NCBI GenBank assembly: GCA_963793105.1
Contig: CAWBZB010000004.1
Coordinates: 156,210-220,209 of the forward strand
Direction of reading: 5' to 3'
DNA from: an uncultured bacterium
GTDB taxonomy: Bacteria > Actinomycetota > Actinomycetes > S36-B12
DNA: 64,000 nt
A model generated the notes under the pieces. That model worked only from the letters and a program-made list of their open reading frames with translations, made no database searches and had not been told where the DNA came from. Position numbers and translations under genes: made by a program. This document shows positions 63,890-64,000 of this stretch, piece by piece. The stretch's first letter is position 1, and each line of letters opens with the position of its first letter.

Positions 63890-64000
63890 CGTGAGCCGCC
63901 AGGGGGCGGCCCTCACCTTCCAGACCCTCAGCTACCTGGGCAAGTTCGACCGGAGCTTCGCCTGGGCCGACGAGTCGTGGATCGAGGAGCTCGTCGGGGA
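63890..64000 (+). CDS. 5' end of an unidentified CDS running off the window
   Basis: GTG 63890 opens VSRQGAALTFQTLSYLGKFDRSFAWADESWIEELVG, with very high third-position GC and no stop before the window end. Not on the ORF track because it is truncated. Confidence 0.3.

Noticed and set aside
1-64000. CRISPR arrays, rRNA or tRNA genes, transposases, integrases, prophage or toxin-antitoxin/defence modules.
   Set aside because: - Reading through both strands and the ORF translations, I found no spaced repeat arrays, no recognisable IS or integrase/recombinase proteins and no defence-system signatures.
- tRNA absence is by eye only and should be confirmed with tRNAscan-SE.

Overview
High-GC (by eye roughly 70%) actinobacterial chromosomal segment. 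The backbone is housekeeping, and the order miaB-miaA-dapF-hflX-dinG-lexA-nrdR-nrdJ is typical of Actinomycetota. It also carries cysK-cysE, an fhs-fdhD-fdsGBAD formate module, two GGDEF proteins, transporters and several secreted SGNH, LysM and DUF4397 proteins.

The standout is a roughly 17.5-kb island at about 21.2-38.8 kb for coenzyme M (CoM)-dependent epoxide and ketone metabolism. It holds:
- an epoxyalkane:CoM transferase (EtnE/XecA-like);
- two tandem hydroxypropyl-CoM-dehydrogenase-like SDRs;
- a 2-ketopropyl-CoM reductase/carboxylase (2-KPCC/XecC) homologue that keeps the 2-KPCC-specific catalytic signatures;
- a bacterial-type CoM biosynthesis operon: a ComA homologue, two aspartase/fumarase-superfamily enzymes, a PLP enzyme and an unrecognised Cys-rich ORF;
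- a single-Cys CoA-disulfide-reductase-like flavoprotein;
- a two-subunit CoA-transferase, an ADP-forming acyl-CoA synthetase and an acylating aldehyde dehydrogenase;
- a MEDS sensor, a PucR regulator and an orphan cysH.

No alkene monooxygenase and no mobility genes are visible in the window.

By my reading of the nucleotides, 7 consecutive genes in the left half of the island (19.5-29.9 kb) carry about 11 frame disruptions. The right-hand 8-kb operon (30.8-38.7 kb) is intact, and the other roughly 55 kb hold only about 4 (DUF4397, lexA, a lipoprotein, a glycosyltransferase). This is either pathway decay or locally poor assembly; I cannot tell which from sequence alone.

Other signals:
- tandem GTCCY-N3-RGGAC palindromes in the island promoters;
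- three perfect or near-perfect actinobacterial SOS boxes;
- candidate tandem NrdR boxes;
- an EamA-aldo/keto-reductase in-frame read-through ORF;
- a 31-bp tandem duplication;
- several strong terminator hairpins.

No rRNA, tRNA, CRISPR, transposase or integrase could be supported.
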